DNA of 64,000 nt from Eledone cirrhosa. Its lineage: Eukaryota. A program made the position numbers and the translations under genes. Positions 1-13,500 of this stretch are shown here, piece by piece (positions within the stretch are counted from its first letter, which is position 1; each line of letters begins with the position of its first letter). Under the pieces are notes generated by a model that saw only the letters and a list, made by a program, of their open reading frames with translations, had not been told where the DNA came from and did not search any database. The DNA lies in the NCBI GenBank assembly GCA_964016885.1, contig OZ024740.1, positions 327,794,001 through 327,858,000 of the forward strand, read 5' to 3'.

Positions 1-475
1 AATAGAGTTAGCGTACATACAGACTCAGGGACTAAGGATTGAAATATATACACATACAAGAATGAATTCACGCGTATAAACATACACACACGCGCAACCA
101 CATACATGTATGTGATATATACAGGGAAGGGAATGTATCAGTCAAAGCAGTGTCGATACAGATATAAAAATATAAAATATGAAAATGAAATAATATATAA
201 GAATAAAAAAATTAAATCAAAGCGAAAGTAAGAGGGAGGGGTTATCAATTATAAAGTAACACGAGAAAAAATAAATAAAAAGTAGAAAACATACAGAGGT
301 TCGAACACACATATATATATATATATTTATAAATATATATATATATATACGTACAGACAAAAGCACATATATGCGTACATACATACAAAAGCGCGCATAC
401 ATACACACGATACATATAATATATATACATACATGTTCATCTAATCACACGCACGCACGCGACCATATCTATCTA

Positions 476-519
<44 letters not shown>

Positions 520-2125
520 TATCTAAAAAACAGATATAAAAACACACATACACACACACATATACACATACACGCGCACATACGAATGCATTCGTATACA
601 TATAAAAACACGTATACACACACATGCACACTTACACGCATACATACAATATAAAAACCACCGTATGAATAAATGAGTACAAATTATACGCAAGTAAACA
701 TACATAAAAGCGGCTGAGGGACAACAGAATATATCTGGAACTGAAAACACAAGTGACATGTGATATCAGATAGTGAAAGAAAAGGGGGGAAGTAAAATAT
801 GTAAAATTGTGAAGGTATAAAGTAAGTGAAACAAAAAGCAGGGGGGGGGGGGTCACTAGTGGATGTGAGGTAAAAATAAAGTTAAAAATAAAAATAAAAA
901 TAAAAGAGAAGTTAAGGAAAGTGAAGAACAAGAGTTTATGGAGGATAAGTATCTGAAAGTGAGTTAAGTTTATATGAGCTGGAAAGCAAGTGTGATTTCA
1001 GGTGAAAATTTTTGTTTTTGCATTTAGACAGGTTTTTGGTGATTTAAGGTTCTGTAAAATCCAATATTTTTCACTTATGCAGAGTGCGCATCTTCTTGTT
1101 CCTCTTGCATATTCATACGGCTGGTTTTTATATTGTATGTATGCGTGTAAGTGTGCATGTGTGTGTATACGTGTTTTTATATGTATACGAATGCATTCGT
1201 ATGTGCGCGTGTATGTGTATATGTGTGTGTGTATGTGTGTTTTTATATCTATGTTTTTACATATATATATATATATATATGGTCGCGTGCGTGCGTGTGA
1301 TTATATGTACATGTATGTATATATATGTGGATCGTGTGTATGTATGCGCGCTTTTGTATCTATGTACGCATGTATGTGCTTTTGTCTGTACGTATATATA
1401 TTTTTTTATATATATATATATGTGCGTACGAATCTCTGTATGTTTTCTACTTTTTATTTATTTTTTCTCGTGTTACTTTATAATTGATAACCCCTCCCTC
1501 TTAATTTCTCTTTGATTTGATTTTTTTATTCTTATATATTATTTCATTTTCATATTGTATATTTTTATATCTGCATCGACCTTCAGCCTGACACTGCTTT
1601 GACTGATACTGTCCCTCGCCTGTATATATCACATACATGTATGTGGTTGCGCGTGTGTGTATGTTTATACGCGTGCTTTCATCCTTCTATGTGTATATAT
1701 TTCAATCCTTAGTCCCTGAGTCTGTATGTACGCTAACTCTATTATCTTACAATTTCTTTTTTCAACATATATTATATACGTATTTGTGGTCACACATACA
1801 CTGATATGCTTGCCCTCATGTATGTTCTTACGCACACATCTTTTTTACTATACACATGCATTTGTACATACACACATATGTACATTTGTAGGTGCATATA
1901 CACACATTTATACACATACCCTTACTATATTTACTTATTTTATTTTTATACATCTCTTGCATTACTTGTATTTATATTTTTTTTTACGTTAAACTTTTGC
2001 CTTTCTTGGGGAGATTTTTCAAATATTTCACTATGTTTTAAATTGCCTTGTCTGACGAACGAATGAGGACGTTTCTTGTATTCACCTTATTCGGGAAACC
2101 TCTGGTAATGAGGTAATTATATTTA
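1..2125 (-). mobile_element. 5'-truncated Penelope-like retroelement with inverted pseudo-LTR; runs off the window start
   Basis: Minus-strand 1120->~980 encodes YARGTRRCALCISEKYWIL..CLNAK (PLE GIY-YIG C-terminal CxLCxxEK motif). Arms 1-671 and 1110-1743 are inverted repeats. The plus-strand arm ends in a hammerhead. Confidence 0.8.
2041..2120 (+). ncRNA. Type I hammerhead ribozyme (PLE pLTR), slightly degenerate
   Basis: CTGACGA 2052-2058; stem II cgaatgagg/ccttattcg; GAAA 2095-2098; stem III cctc/gagg; GUA cleavage triplet ending at 2115. Stem I is weak and pair 10.1-11.1 is an A.G mismatch. Confidence 0.7.
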
Positions 2126-2386
2126 TTATTTATTATATCGGTAGAGAGTCGGACGCCATGCTTTCCAGCATAGTTACGTCCATTTACGGTCTGAGTTCAA
2201 ATCCCGTCGAGGTTAACTTTGCCTTTCATCCTTACGGGGTCGATAAAATAAAGTACCAGTAATGTACTGGCGTTGTGCCAAAAGTAGAAACAATTATTTA
2301 TTATACATTAAATTTAGCTCTGTAACTTACATAGAGCACTCTTCACTCCTATGACTTTTTCAATTTTCAACGGAAACTTCAATACT

Positions 2387-2394
<8 letters not shown>

Positions 2395-2472
<78 letters not shown>
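2395..2472. repeat. (GT)n microsatellite; other long di-nucleotide arrays at ~467-516, 16730-16780, 16897-16958, 17721-17760, 18147-18220, 25385-25480, 26441-26486, 28795-28924, 31330-31460, 34377-34490, 41605-41681 and 50505-50635
   Basis: Directly visible simple repeats. Confidence 0.95.
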
Positions 2473-2474
<2 letters not shown>

Positions 2475-2856
2475 GATGCATGGCTTAGTGGTTAGAACAT
2501 TGGGCTTGCAATCGAAAGGTTGTGAGTTCAATTCTCGGACCGGGTGATGTGTTGTTTCCTTGAGCAAGACACTTTATTTCACGTTGCTCCAGTTTACTCA
2601 GCTGTAGAATTGAGTACCGGCCTGCCCGCCCAGCCAGTGGGATGGCGTTATCTTATGGCTAAAACAGCACGACGTGCTGTGACCAGCGGCGCCGATTGGC
2701 GCCCGACAGACTGGTCCGTCAAGGTGATCAAGGTAATATATATATATTCCTGAGTTGTATTGAGGGGGTAAGCACAGTTACCAAAGGTACTCAGTACCCT
2801 GAGAAATGACTTCTACATAGCTAGAACTGTTTCATTGATATGAAATCAGCAAGAAT

Positions 2857-2916
2857 GGACATTCCTGATGATTTCATACGTATATCTCATAGGATCGAAA
2901 CATGTCCACAGAATTT
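2857..2916 (+). ncRNA. Degenerate minimal hammerhead motif (PLE-type)
   Basis: CTGATGA 2865-2871 ... CGAAACATGTC 2896-2906 with palindromic ACATGT stem III and GUC triplet. Stems I and II pair poorly. Confidence 0.4.
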
Positions 2917-5699
2917 TTCCTGTCTTCACTTCAGAGAAAACATGATGCAATATTTGCAAAATATTGTAAAATGTCTATAAATTTATTTGATAATGTTTAA
3001 AACTTACTAGATAATTTATGAGTGTCTTTTGTTTTGGGTAGGGAGAGCTCCGAAAGGTCCAAATTATTTTCATGAAGAAGACATTTTGAATTAAATTATG
3101 GTAAAACAAATACTGGAAATTATTGAATTCATATTTGTTTCATGTTATTTTATAATGAAGATAAAATAATCACAAGATTTTAATTATGAATGGTCATAGA
3201 TTTTAATGATGATTGCTTTTTTTTTTCATCAACATAATATAAGAATTCTGATTTTTGTGTTTTCGTTTGGAGGAAATATTTCAACTTTTAGTAGAAAGGG
3301 GAAATGAACTTCAAATTTTAATCAGTTGAAAAGAAAACAAAACGAGACTGCAGGAAGATAAATACATTCTAGATTAACAAAATATTCAACAGAACTCACA
3401 TTTCATTATTTTGTTTACATTTTTGTTTTTAAATAGAAGAGATAAATAAATAACAAAAGAAAGAAATATGTAGAAAATTGATTGAATAGCCCTATCGTGT
3501 TTACATTATCGCTGAAGGCTAACAGCAGATGTACTTCATATTTAAGAATCCAGGGGGGAAAATGTTTAGTTTTTTTTCTTTCTACATATGATTCTTTGTC
3601 TCTTCCTCCCAGTAGTAAATACATTTATCTAAATACCAAAAAGACATCTTGACACTGTCCTGGTTTCGTTGTTAGTGGTTTTCAGCCAGAAAAGTGTTAA
3701 ATCACGTGGTTAAAAGCATTATTCTGATAAGCCCATGCAAATCCTCATCATGAGTCAGAAGGGAATTTTGGATTAGATTAAGGTGAAAAAACTGCCTTTG
3801 GAATTTAATGAATCTATATCTTTTTTCACATTTCATAATGGAAACAAAATAATCACAAGATTTTAATTATGAATGAGCATTTCTATCCTTTTTGATTTTG
3901 CAAGTATGATATTATAGCCCTTGTTCGCGTTTAGACACTTCTACACTGATAAATTCATTTATTGTTGGAATGAGAAAAGAAATATCTTTTTTCTACATCG
4001 CCCATTTATTCCTTCCAGCCAAATGCAACCGTATCCAATTGATCCGGCTGGATCCCTAAGCAAGACTAGCTGAGCTTAGGTATGTTACTCTTTTTCGGTG
4101 TATATTTTTGTATTCATTATTTTTTGGTTATGTAAGTGAAACATGCACAGCATATTATATTGGAAATATAAAGATAAGTCATTGAGGATATTGTTTCACC
4201 CCAGGTTAGTTCTTATTTCTTAATAAATGTATATATGAAGGTATTCCCAAGATGAGAGAATGGGATTTGGGAAGGTATAGTTGTTATTTCTCGCAGACTG
4301 AGTTCCTAAAGAATGATAGTCAAAATTTACAAATACATAGTTCAAAGACGAGCGGTTTCTATGTACTTGACCTACTTACTAGAAACCGCAACCAGATCCC
4401 TCCAACTGCACATTACTCTTACCATCTTTAAGAAATTGCAAATGTTATTCTAGATATACAAAAACGGCGGCACAGTCGTGGCTGGATATATTTTGATCGT
4501 AGGTTGGTTCAATTATGATTGCCCTGAAGCTAAATAGCAATTTTAGAGCCTCAACTTTAGCAAATGAATCTGAAAGAACATTTAGTAAAATGACTCGCTG
4601 TGGTTGTTTAGACCATGTTTGAGCACGCCTACGATCAAAGGCCTTCCAAAAGTGACTATCATATCTATTCAAATTATGTATAGCTACAGCCTCGTAACGT
4701 TTTATAAGATTCGACGAATATTTTACTTGCTATTTCTTGAACATCAAGCTACTTCAATGCTTGTAAGATTCAAAGTGATAGGTCATAGGAAAACATGACA
4801 GAAATCCTCTCATAGCAGAACTCAAGCAGCCATCAATATACTTATAACGGATATCACTATAGGACATTGTGTTTTTAATTTTGGAAGTAACGGAAAAGAG
4901 CAATCAGTTACCTATTCTTTCTTAGCTATCTAGCATTAATCACAGATATTTCTTGTAATAAAATTCACTATGAACCAATCGCATAGAATATTGATCTAAC
5001 CACATTATAACTACACTTTCATTAGATATGGTTAGGAGAAGCTTTCACGTATTTGCTCACCTGGTGGAAATAACAACCAAATCTCTATCAAATTACACAT
5101 TTATGTCTTTTTTTTTTAAGGGAAGTAATCATTGGATAATGTAGTTCTAAATATTACTATCTGGAGATATATCACGGGATAGCCATGGCTGCAACGCCTT
5201 TGATCATGGGTTTGCTTGACCTGGAACAAAATAATGACAACTTTTAATGGATTTACTAAGCAAAGCTAGCAGAGAAATGTTTGTAATTTGGGAACATATT
5301 GAAGCAGAAGCCAATTGATGAGAAAAGTGATTGATTGTAGCAGAGTATCTTTGGGATGTGTCATAGCAATACAGGGAGGGGTCTTACAAGTTTTTTTAAT
5401 TATTTTACTAGGCTCAGTCACTTAACACGATGTGACACCGCCTTTTTGTAATACACTCGATTACATCAAATCCCGTTCTTATTTTGTCGACTCTGGAAGA
5501 TTAAAATGCAAAATGGAATTGAGCTGGATTTGAAACCAGGACGTAAAATGACATTATCAAATACTGCATTATATATTTTCCGACGCTCTACCGTTTCTCC
5601 CATTCACACACCAATATAGTTACCGTTGTAATAAATGTCGGGAGATACAACGTATATAAGGTAAATTACTTTAAAACCTAAACACTCAGAACTAGTGGA

Positions 5700-6190
5700 A
5701 TAACATTATGAATAAACTTGGATTATACACTTGAATTCTTAACTATGATTAAATGTATACAAGTAGATATGTTTCTCATCATTTACTCAAGTAAATGTAA
5801 TAGAAAAAGAAAAAAAAATAGATTGAGAAGGAAGAGTGGAATGTAAAATAAGAAAATATATTTTTAAAAACGGAAGGTTGATTGGGCTCTGGGCCTAGAG
5901 CGCGGCGGTATTGGTAATAAGATTGTAATTTGGAGGATTATTAATTTCATTTAGAGATTAAAAAAATATTATATATCTACACTACGTTTCAATTGGTTTG
6001 ATCTCCGATCGTAATCAAATGCCATCAGCTAAGAGTAGTACGCTGTTATTCACTATGTGTCAGTGGTACAGATAATAAAGGCACACTGTCATTAATTTAG
6101 AAAATGCAACCTAGTACAATGCATGCTTCAAATATTTAGACATTTTGTAACGATTGATCGAAACGTAGTTTAGCTGTAAATATTGCTTTT
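5700..6190. mobile_element. Decayed Penelope-like remnant with degenerate hammerhead cores
   Basis: The minus strand of ~5975-6030 reads CTGATGG..tttgat/atcaaa stem..GAAACGTAG. An opposing atCGAAACGTAG lies at ~6157-6168. Confidence 0.3.
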
Positions 6191-9100
6191 TAATTTAAGC
6201 ATAAGGCCAGAAAATTTGGAGGAAGGGTAAAGTTGAATATATCAAACCAGTACTTGACTGGTGCTTTATTTTGTCGACCCGGAAGGATAAAAGACAAAGT
6301 TGACATCAGCAAAATTTGAACACAGAATGAATGCCGCAATGGCATATCTTACGGTTTACCAATTCTGTAATTTCAAGGCCAGTAATTTTGGATGAGGTGA
6401 AAGTCGATTATATTGATCCCAGTACTTGACTACTACTAATTTATCTATCCCGAAACGATGAAAGGGAAAGTTAACGTCAGCGAAATTTGAACTCAGATCA
6501 TAAAGAGCCGGAACAAATACTTCTGCACATTAAAAAAAGAATCTAAGACATTAATCCCTATTTTAAATTCATCTTAGTATATGTGTTGGTGTTTCAATCC
6601 CACGTCTTTTGATCAAATGGAAGAGAATTCTTGATTCAGTATTCCGTTTCAGCAAATATGCTCGAGAAATAAACAGCTCAGTTGCATTTTTTTTCCTTAT
6701 AAAATAGCAGAAAATATATATTTAATTACCTATTTTGATAGTGTGGAACTGGTAGACACTCTGTAGTGTAACCGCTAACGTGGTAGTCTGACAAGTGATA
6801 TATGGGGTTCAAATCCCGTCAGATGATGACCTGTTTCTCTTTACACTTTCTATACTTTTATTACTCTGTCAATGGGGAGGGTAGCACCCATAACTATTTA
6901 CATGGCCTCGGTGACTTTTGGGTGAGGGAAGAAAGGTAAATACTCCAAACGGGAGATATGGTCTGAATGATTGCAACAGATTGGACTATACTAAAGGTGT
7001 CCAAATGGCATGTGATGGTGACAAACGGGTGACGGATTAAGTCTATCTCCCCAAGTACACCACGACAGGATTCGAATTCAGAATGTAATGAATCAGAATA
7101 AATGGCGATATTTTAACGATTTTGTCAGTTCACCCCTTTAGATTATTATTTCATCGACTCTGGTAGGAAATGGAATAAATACCTCAAAGCAAATTGTCAG
7201 TCACTTTGTTGATTCTGCGAAATTGCCACCATAAATGAGTTTTATAATGTGTAATATTTGTTTACCTAGAAAATGTTACCAGTTAGTCTATTCGTAAGTA
7301 AATTTAATGTTTAATTTTTATTGGGGTGGATAAAATGTTGTGCTGCTAAATAAAATTATTTCTATCATATTTGAAACATGTGGAACCGAATTTACACTGT
7401 AACATACTTTCTACAAACTCGAGCTACAAAGCATTGCCATATTGAAAATGAAATGTGTGAATTAAATTTTTCATAAAATTATAGTCAATTCTAAAACAAT
7501 ATCTGTTTCAGATGTATTGGAATTAATTGGTATCAAACTTCGTCTTCTGTACTTTACCTATCAACTTTTGATGGTGTTGTATGAGCACCGTTGTGACATG
7601 TGGTGTGTATTGAGCATCTGCAACTACTCCGACCCATCTCGTCCTAGCTCTGACCATAGTCGATTTCTTCCAGGGAAAATGAGAGAAAAATAGACGCAAT
7701 TCTTGGACATGTACTATATTTATCGACCTCAAAAGGATGAAAGCCAAAGTTGAGCTCGGTAGGATTTGAACTCAGAGAACAAGGCATTCTATTAAACGTT
7801 ATAACAACTACTAGTTTGACCCACATTGTGATATTTTGTACTTTACTGTAAATTGTACACACGATAAAACTCTAAAGACTAACTTACAAATTGAATTTTC
7901 TTAAGCTCTCACTGGAATCAACTTACTTATCAGAACTTCTGTTGGCGAGAATCTCGTGGCTAATCTAAAGTTTGTAATTCTTTTCGCAATGGGAATCATC
8001 AGGTATCAATAAAATGAGAGCAATATATTTCTACGAAAGTGCGGACATTTTGATTCGATGTTTGGAGATCCCAGTCATTGACATAAAACACAATATTGAT
8101 GTTATTGATTTATGTTGTCCGGACAGAAGACAAATTACCACTAGAAAATTCCAGACAGTAATATTTATCACCGGGAATAGACACAAGTTATCAACTCTGT
8201 TCATTGCTTTGTGTAATAGTATCTCAATAATATAAAAACACTAAACATTTCTGCTAACTAAGTCTTATGCCTGTGTAAACAGTCTATTTTTTACTAAAAC
8301 ACATTATTATGATAGTACAAAAATGAGAAAAATGTTAAATATCTTCATATTATTTTTAGTCCTAATCAATATTTCCAACTTCCATTTATTGAAACAAGAT
8401 CTAGCAGAAAACAGAAGGCGTACCATTAATTTCGCAATAGAAAAAATTAGTTTACAGATTTAAATCATAATTTTTCGTTCATTCATGTGAGCAAAGTGTA
8501 TGATCACGACAAGCTGAGACATATTTTGTTTGATCACTCGGTTGAAATGTCTAACACCAATTTAGCTCTGATCAATCCAATACCAGCCCCTACTTCTGCA
8601 GGAATTACGTATCCGAAATTATATAATTCTGTTTTCTTTTTTTTTAATATGGTAAAATGCCAATTTGAGCGCCATCTGGATACTTTTTCTAGGAGGTAAG
8701 ACGAGCATATAGCGGTTATCTCAATGTCATTGGGAAATGTATATCATACTTCATTTCTCCAGTAATCACATTTTTACTTGAATATGTAGTGTGGCTTAGT
8801 GGTTAGGATGTTCGACTCACCAACGGCGCATCGTGTCCTGAAGCGAGACTTTATTTCACATTGCCCCAGTCCACTCAGCTGAAAAGAATGAGTTGAAACT
8901 GTAATTCAATGCGACAACCTTGTTATACATTGTGTCACACTAAATCTCTCTGAGAAATACATTAGGGGTGCCTGCGTTTGTGGAATGCTCGGTTGTTTGC
9001 ATATTAATTTTACGAGCAACCAGTTCTGTTGATTGAATCAACTGGAACACTCGTCGTCGGAAACGACGGAGGTCCATCACATCTAGTATATTCTTGTAAG

Positions 9101-10384
9101 AATATATTTCTAGCCCTGTTCTGTTTCAATTTTCTGCAATGTTGGTATTATAATTTTCAGGCAGAATATAGCATGCAAAAAACGATTTCCACCTACAAGT
9201 TCATTGATTCATATTCTCTCGAATACTAATTGCTGAATCTACACCAGGACCTGGTGATATATTCTGGATATTGACATACATATATATATATATATATATA
9301 ATGTCTGGCTGAGATAACACATCATTGAGAATATGAATCAAATAAAATTTGTAGATGGAAATCGTTAGCCTTCGGTTGATAGATGATTTTCTGCATACTC
9401 TGTCCAGTCTAGAAGTTATAATACTAAAACTACAAAAGCCTGTAATAGAACAGCTAGAAATATATTCTGTACATTTTTCGCTTTTTAAGTAGGTCGCTGG
9501 CTCTTTTGTCCCATATGATGCTATATAATCTACCAAACGTTGCCTTGGATTTTACCGCCCTGACGTTCACAATGCCGTCGATGATAATGTAGGTTACTCT
9601 TGCAGCTGGATGATGCAGTGTTTAAGTCTTCTTTGTGCTGGTGGTTAGATCCAAGTTCTACCAATAAGAGAAAGACACATATAACCAAGTCGTCAGCAAT
9701 GGCCATAAATATATGTATCGTTCTTAAGTATTAGATTAAGTGAATCACAAAATCAAATATGTTGATGTGAATTAGTATCGTTTGCATATCAGGAATATTG
9801 GTTTACTTTTTAATATAAGTTTTAACTTTTTATTTAACTATACAGCACCTTCCTAGAATCGAGACTAATGAACTTCCGAGAGTTAATAAAACAATTGTTT
9901 TATTAAAGATCTGTAGAGGTTTGAATCTCATTGGGGGAGCTAGGCTGTTTCAAACATATTACTGCTTATAACATTACACACCACTTCGGGAGTTGATCCA
10001 TATCGTATCTCTGCTTAATCACATAGGGATCACCGTTTTGTATAGAATATAGTTTGTTAAATTAAATAAACCCCAAAATCAAATATGTCCCTGTGAATTC
10101 ATATCGTACATACGTATACATTGATAAGAAACATATATACACAATCATACATTACTTTTAATAGCAGAAAAAAGCCTGTAGGGCGATGTTTCTGATCGTA
10201 TATATAATATATAAAATATATAAGGGCGGTGAATTAGTAGTATGGTTAGATCGTCAAACAATATGCTTTGCGGTATACTATTACGTCCGTTTACATTCCG
10301 AGTTCAAATCCCGCTGGGATTAGATTTACCTTTCATCCTTACGGGATGGACTATAGTAAAAATGTATATTATTATTAAAAAATA

Positions 10385-10580
10385 AGGGCGGTGAATTGGC
10401 AGTATCAGTAGAGGGTCGGACGCCTTGCTTTCCAGCATAGTTACGTCCCTTTACGATCTGAGATCAAATCCCGCCGAGGTTGACTTTGCCTTTCATCCTT
10501 ACGGGGTCGATAAAATAAAGTACCAGTAATGCACTGGGTAATTGCTGGCCTTGTGCCTAAAGTAGAAACAATTATTATTA
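10385..10580 (+). mobile_element. tRNA-derived SINE family A (representative copy)
   Basis: ggcggtgaattggcag..gttcaaatccc..ctttgcctttcatccttacggggtcgataaaataaagtaccag..gtagaaacaattatt. Similar copies at ~2135-2298(+), 10225-10345(+), 13125-13330(+), 13941-14135(+), 21560-21750(+), 22150-22310(-), 24062-24228(-), 40855-40965(+), 43361-43472(-), 52869-53290 and 61580-61725(+). Confidence 0.85.
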
Positions 10581-13500
10581 AAAATAAATGTTCAACCCAG
10601 CTTCATGCTACTTAAGGTTTCAAACTCTGTGCTTAGAGACCATACGTATACCTGCTAATGTTGTTTGTCTTTCAAGCCGGCCGACGTTTTTTACTTGAGA
10701 TCTCATCAAGTGCAAGGAAGGTAATCATAATGTAATAATAATTTTGTTTGTGATATTCAGAGGGAGAAACTCCTGTGTCTTAAGTTTATATTTTTTTAAT
10801 GTAATTATAATTGTAAGTGTAATTGTTAAATTGTCTGTAGATTAGCTTCAACTGGGTATCGAAACTGTGTCGTGGTTTCAGCACCTAGTCAATTACTCTA
10901 CAGTATTCGGCAAAATTTCAATACAAATTTCAAAAATGGAAGTATTCACTTCAATAATATTCTCCGCTCTATTAAACGCCTACTTCATATATTGAAATAT
11001 AAGGCGCCTCAGATCAGTATTATAATATCTTTTTTTTCATTTGAAACACTTCGTTCATAGTATTCATTTTATTTTACTAAGATCTCAGCAATCAAACATT
11101 TCAATTTTCTGCTCTTTAATAGCTTCTGTGGTGTACTTTCATTACTTTCCCTCTCACTATCTCAAATAAATTTCCTCTCTCAACATTCCTTCACTAAAAA
11201 AAAAACTGCAGTTAAAACCCACTTGACCTTTCCCCATACACCACACTTCATAACTATTATTTCATAACTATTACTGACCAAAGTATCTTTATACTATAAT
11301 GATGTGTTGATTTCATCTTTTCCTTCTCATCCATCCTTGCGTGTTACAACGCCGGTATTTTTCTATTTTTTAAATTTTTATTTATATATTTTTTCTATCT
11401 GCTTCATCTTAGCTATACTGTCACAAGTCAGTGGAGTGTGAAGTTTATAATAAAAGAGAAGGTTGACAATTAATTTAAAGATATTTTATTATTCACTAAA
11501 GGTTAGATGTCGAAGAACGAACGTTTATTTTTTTTCTTTGTTTGTTTGTTTGTTTTTTCGATTTTTGTCACTGAAATAAAGAAAAGGTCATATTAGATTA
11601 ATGTGATGTATTCATATAAAACTGCTTAATTAACAATAGAAGGGAGAGAAATACAAGGTGATTAATATATTCATAAGATAAAGGATCCCAAAATAAAGAC
11701 TAAATAGATACTTTTAGCAAGAAAATTGGATCTACGAGAAAGGGAGAGAGGTAGGTAGAAGAATATAACAGAGCTATATAGAAATATAGAGGTATTAGAT
11801 GATCTTTGTTGTTGCAAAACCAGATTCCTTGTTGTTTTATACAGACTTTCTCTGAATTGACTCTTACCCATAGCTTACATGTCGACATATTTCAAATTCT
11901 AGTGATTATTTGTAAAGATCATTATCCATATTGTCTGCGTTTAAAAACTAAAATTATTGTTTTCCATTTATAAAAAAACAAAATTTTACATCAACTGTTT
12001 AATAAAGGTCCGTGCTATTTAACTTTGAAAAGGTAAATTTGAAGGTGACTTACAATAACCAATAACACACTCTAATTTTTAATCAATAGTTAAATTTAAT
12101 GTAAAAACAAATTTGAAGCTTCATCCCCATAAATTCTTCCCAAATGACTATACAAAGCATCTTATATCCGGATATGTTTCCTTAAAAATGTCTAAACTCC
12201 TTTCTTGAACAGACAACAGAAACTAACTACAGAAATAACATCTCGTAATTAAGCAGTGCTTATTATAAAGTCTAGTCCGTTGTCTTCTTAGCTCAGGTAT
12301 CTGAAGCATAGAAAATAAAAATACAAACGACCTCTAAAATCGATTAAAAGTTTGATCTGTCTAAACCACTTAACCACTAAACTTTTAATACTCAGTCCGG
12401 AATTCCGTTAGTCTGTAAGGCTAAACGTTTTAAATAGCGCAAAACACAATTGACCAAATTACAGATTATCAAAACGAAACAATTAGAGATATAACGAATG
12501 AAATGGACCTCCATCGGTTTCGGCAGTGAGTGTTCCAGTTGTTCCATCACCCGGACAGCTTGGTCATACAATTAACGTGTAAGTGGCTGAGCATTACACA
12601 AACATGTGTGCCCTTAATGTAATTCCCATAGTGATTCAGAATAAGAAGACTGGCCCTTTGAATTACAGGCTCGGTCAACCGACGGTCTTCCAAACAATTT
12701 CCGTGTTCTCAATTTCACTTACAAGGCATGCATGGTCGACTCGTGAATATGGTTAAAGACACTGGCCTAAGATATCAAGGAGTAAGATCAAACTCTGTAC
12801 CTAATGATTACGAGGCGAACGTCTTAACCATTCGGCAAAGCGGCGTCCACGTTAAAAGTTGCAGCAGAACAAGTAATTCTAGGTTTCTAGATTGATAAAA
12901 TCGTTAAAGAGTTGATAAAAGGCCTTGCCATATTTGTTCTAGTTATCTACGTTCCAAGTTTTAATCTCACAGAGGTCAAATTTATCTTTAATACTTCTGA
13001 AGTCGATAAAATTAAGTACCAGTCGCGTACAAGGCCTTACTTAATCGATTAATATCTGCTCATGAATTTCTGGCGCCTATGTTAGAAACAATTACTATTA
13101 TTATTAATAGGATAAAAAGGAAGTATTGACAGTATCGGTAGAGTGTCGGACAACATATTTTGTGGTATGTCCTTTTACGTTCTAATTTCAAATCCCAGCG
13201 AAGTTAGCTTTGCCTTTCATCCTTACAGGGTCGATAAAATAAAGTATCAGTCACGCACTGGGTCGACCTAATCGAATTTCCCCTCCCCCAAAATTATTGG
13301 CCATGTTCCTAAATCAGAAACCATTGCTAATAGCACATTATTTATTTATGCTTTTACAGTGAGGCTTATAATTTAAACTATAGATACACCTATATTAAAT
13401 ATGTCTGAGATTTACAAATCCGTTTTTGCTTAAAGATTCCACATTTTATCACTATTGCAAGATACAAACTGTACCGATCCTCATACCCAGTGTGTTAATC

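Noticed and set aside
217-2066. Numerous 60-160 aa ORFs rich in Y/I/C/V/M (likewise at 16.8-18.5, 25.3, 30.8-31.5 and 50.4 kb)
   Set aside because: These are translations of (TA)n/(TG)n/(CT)n microsatellite-rich sequence, not genes.
10690-10880. Further hammerhead-like fragments (minus TTGATGA at ~10703-10709; CTGTAGA..CGAAAC at ~10835-10865)
   Set aside because: Core nucleotides are mutated and there are no convincing stems.
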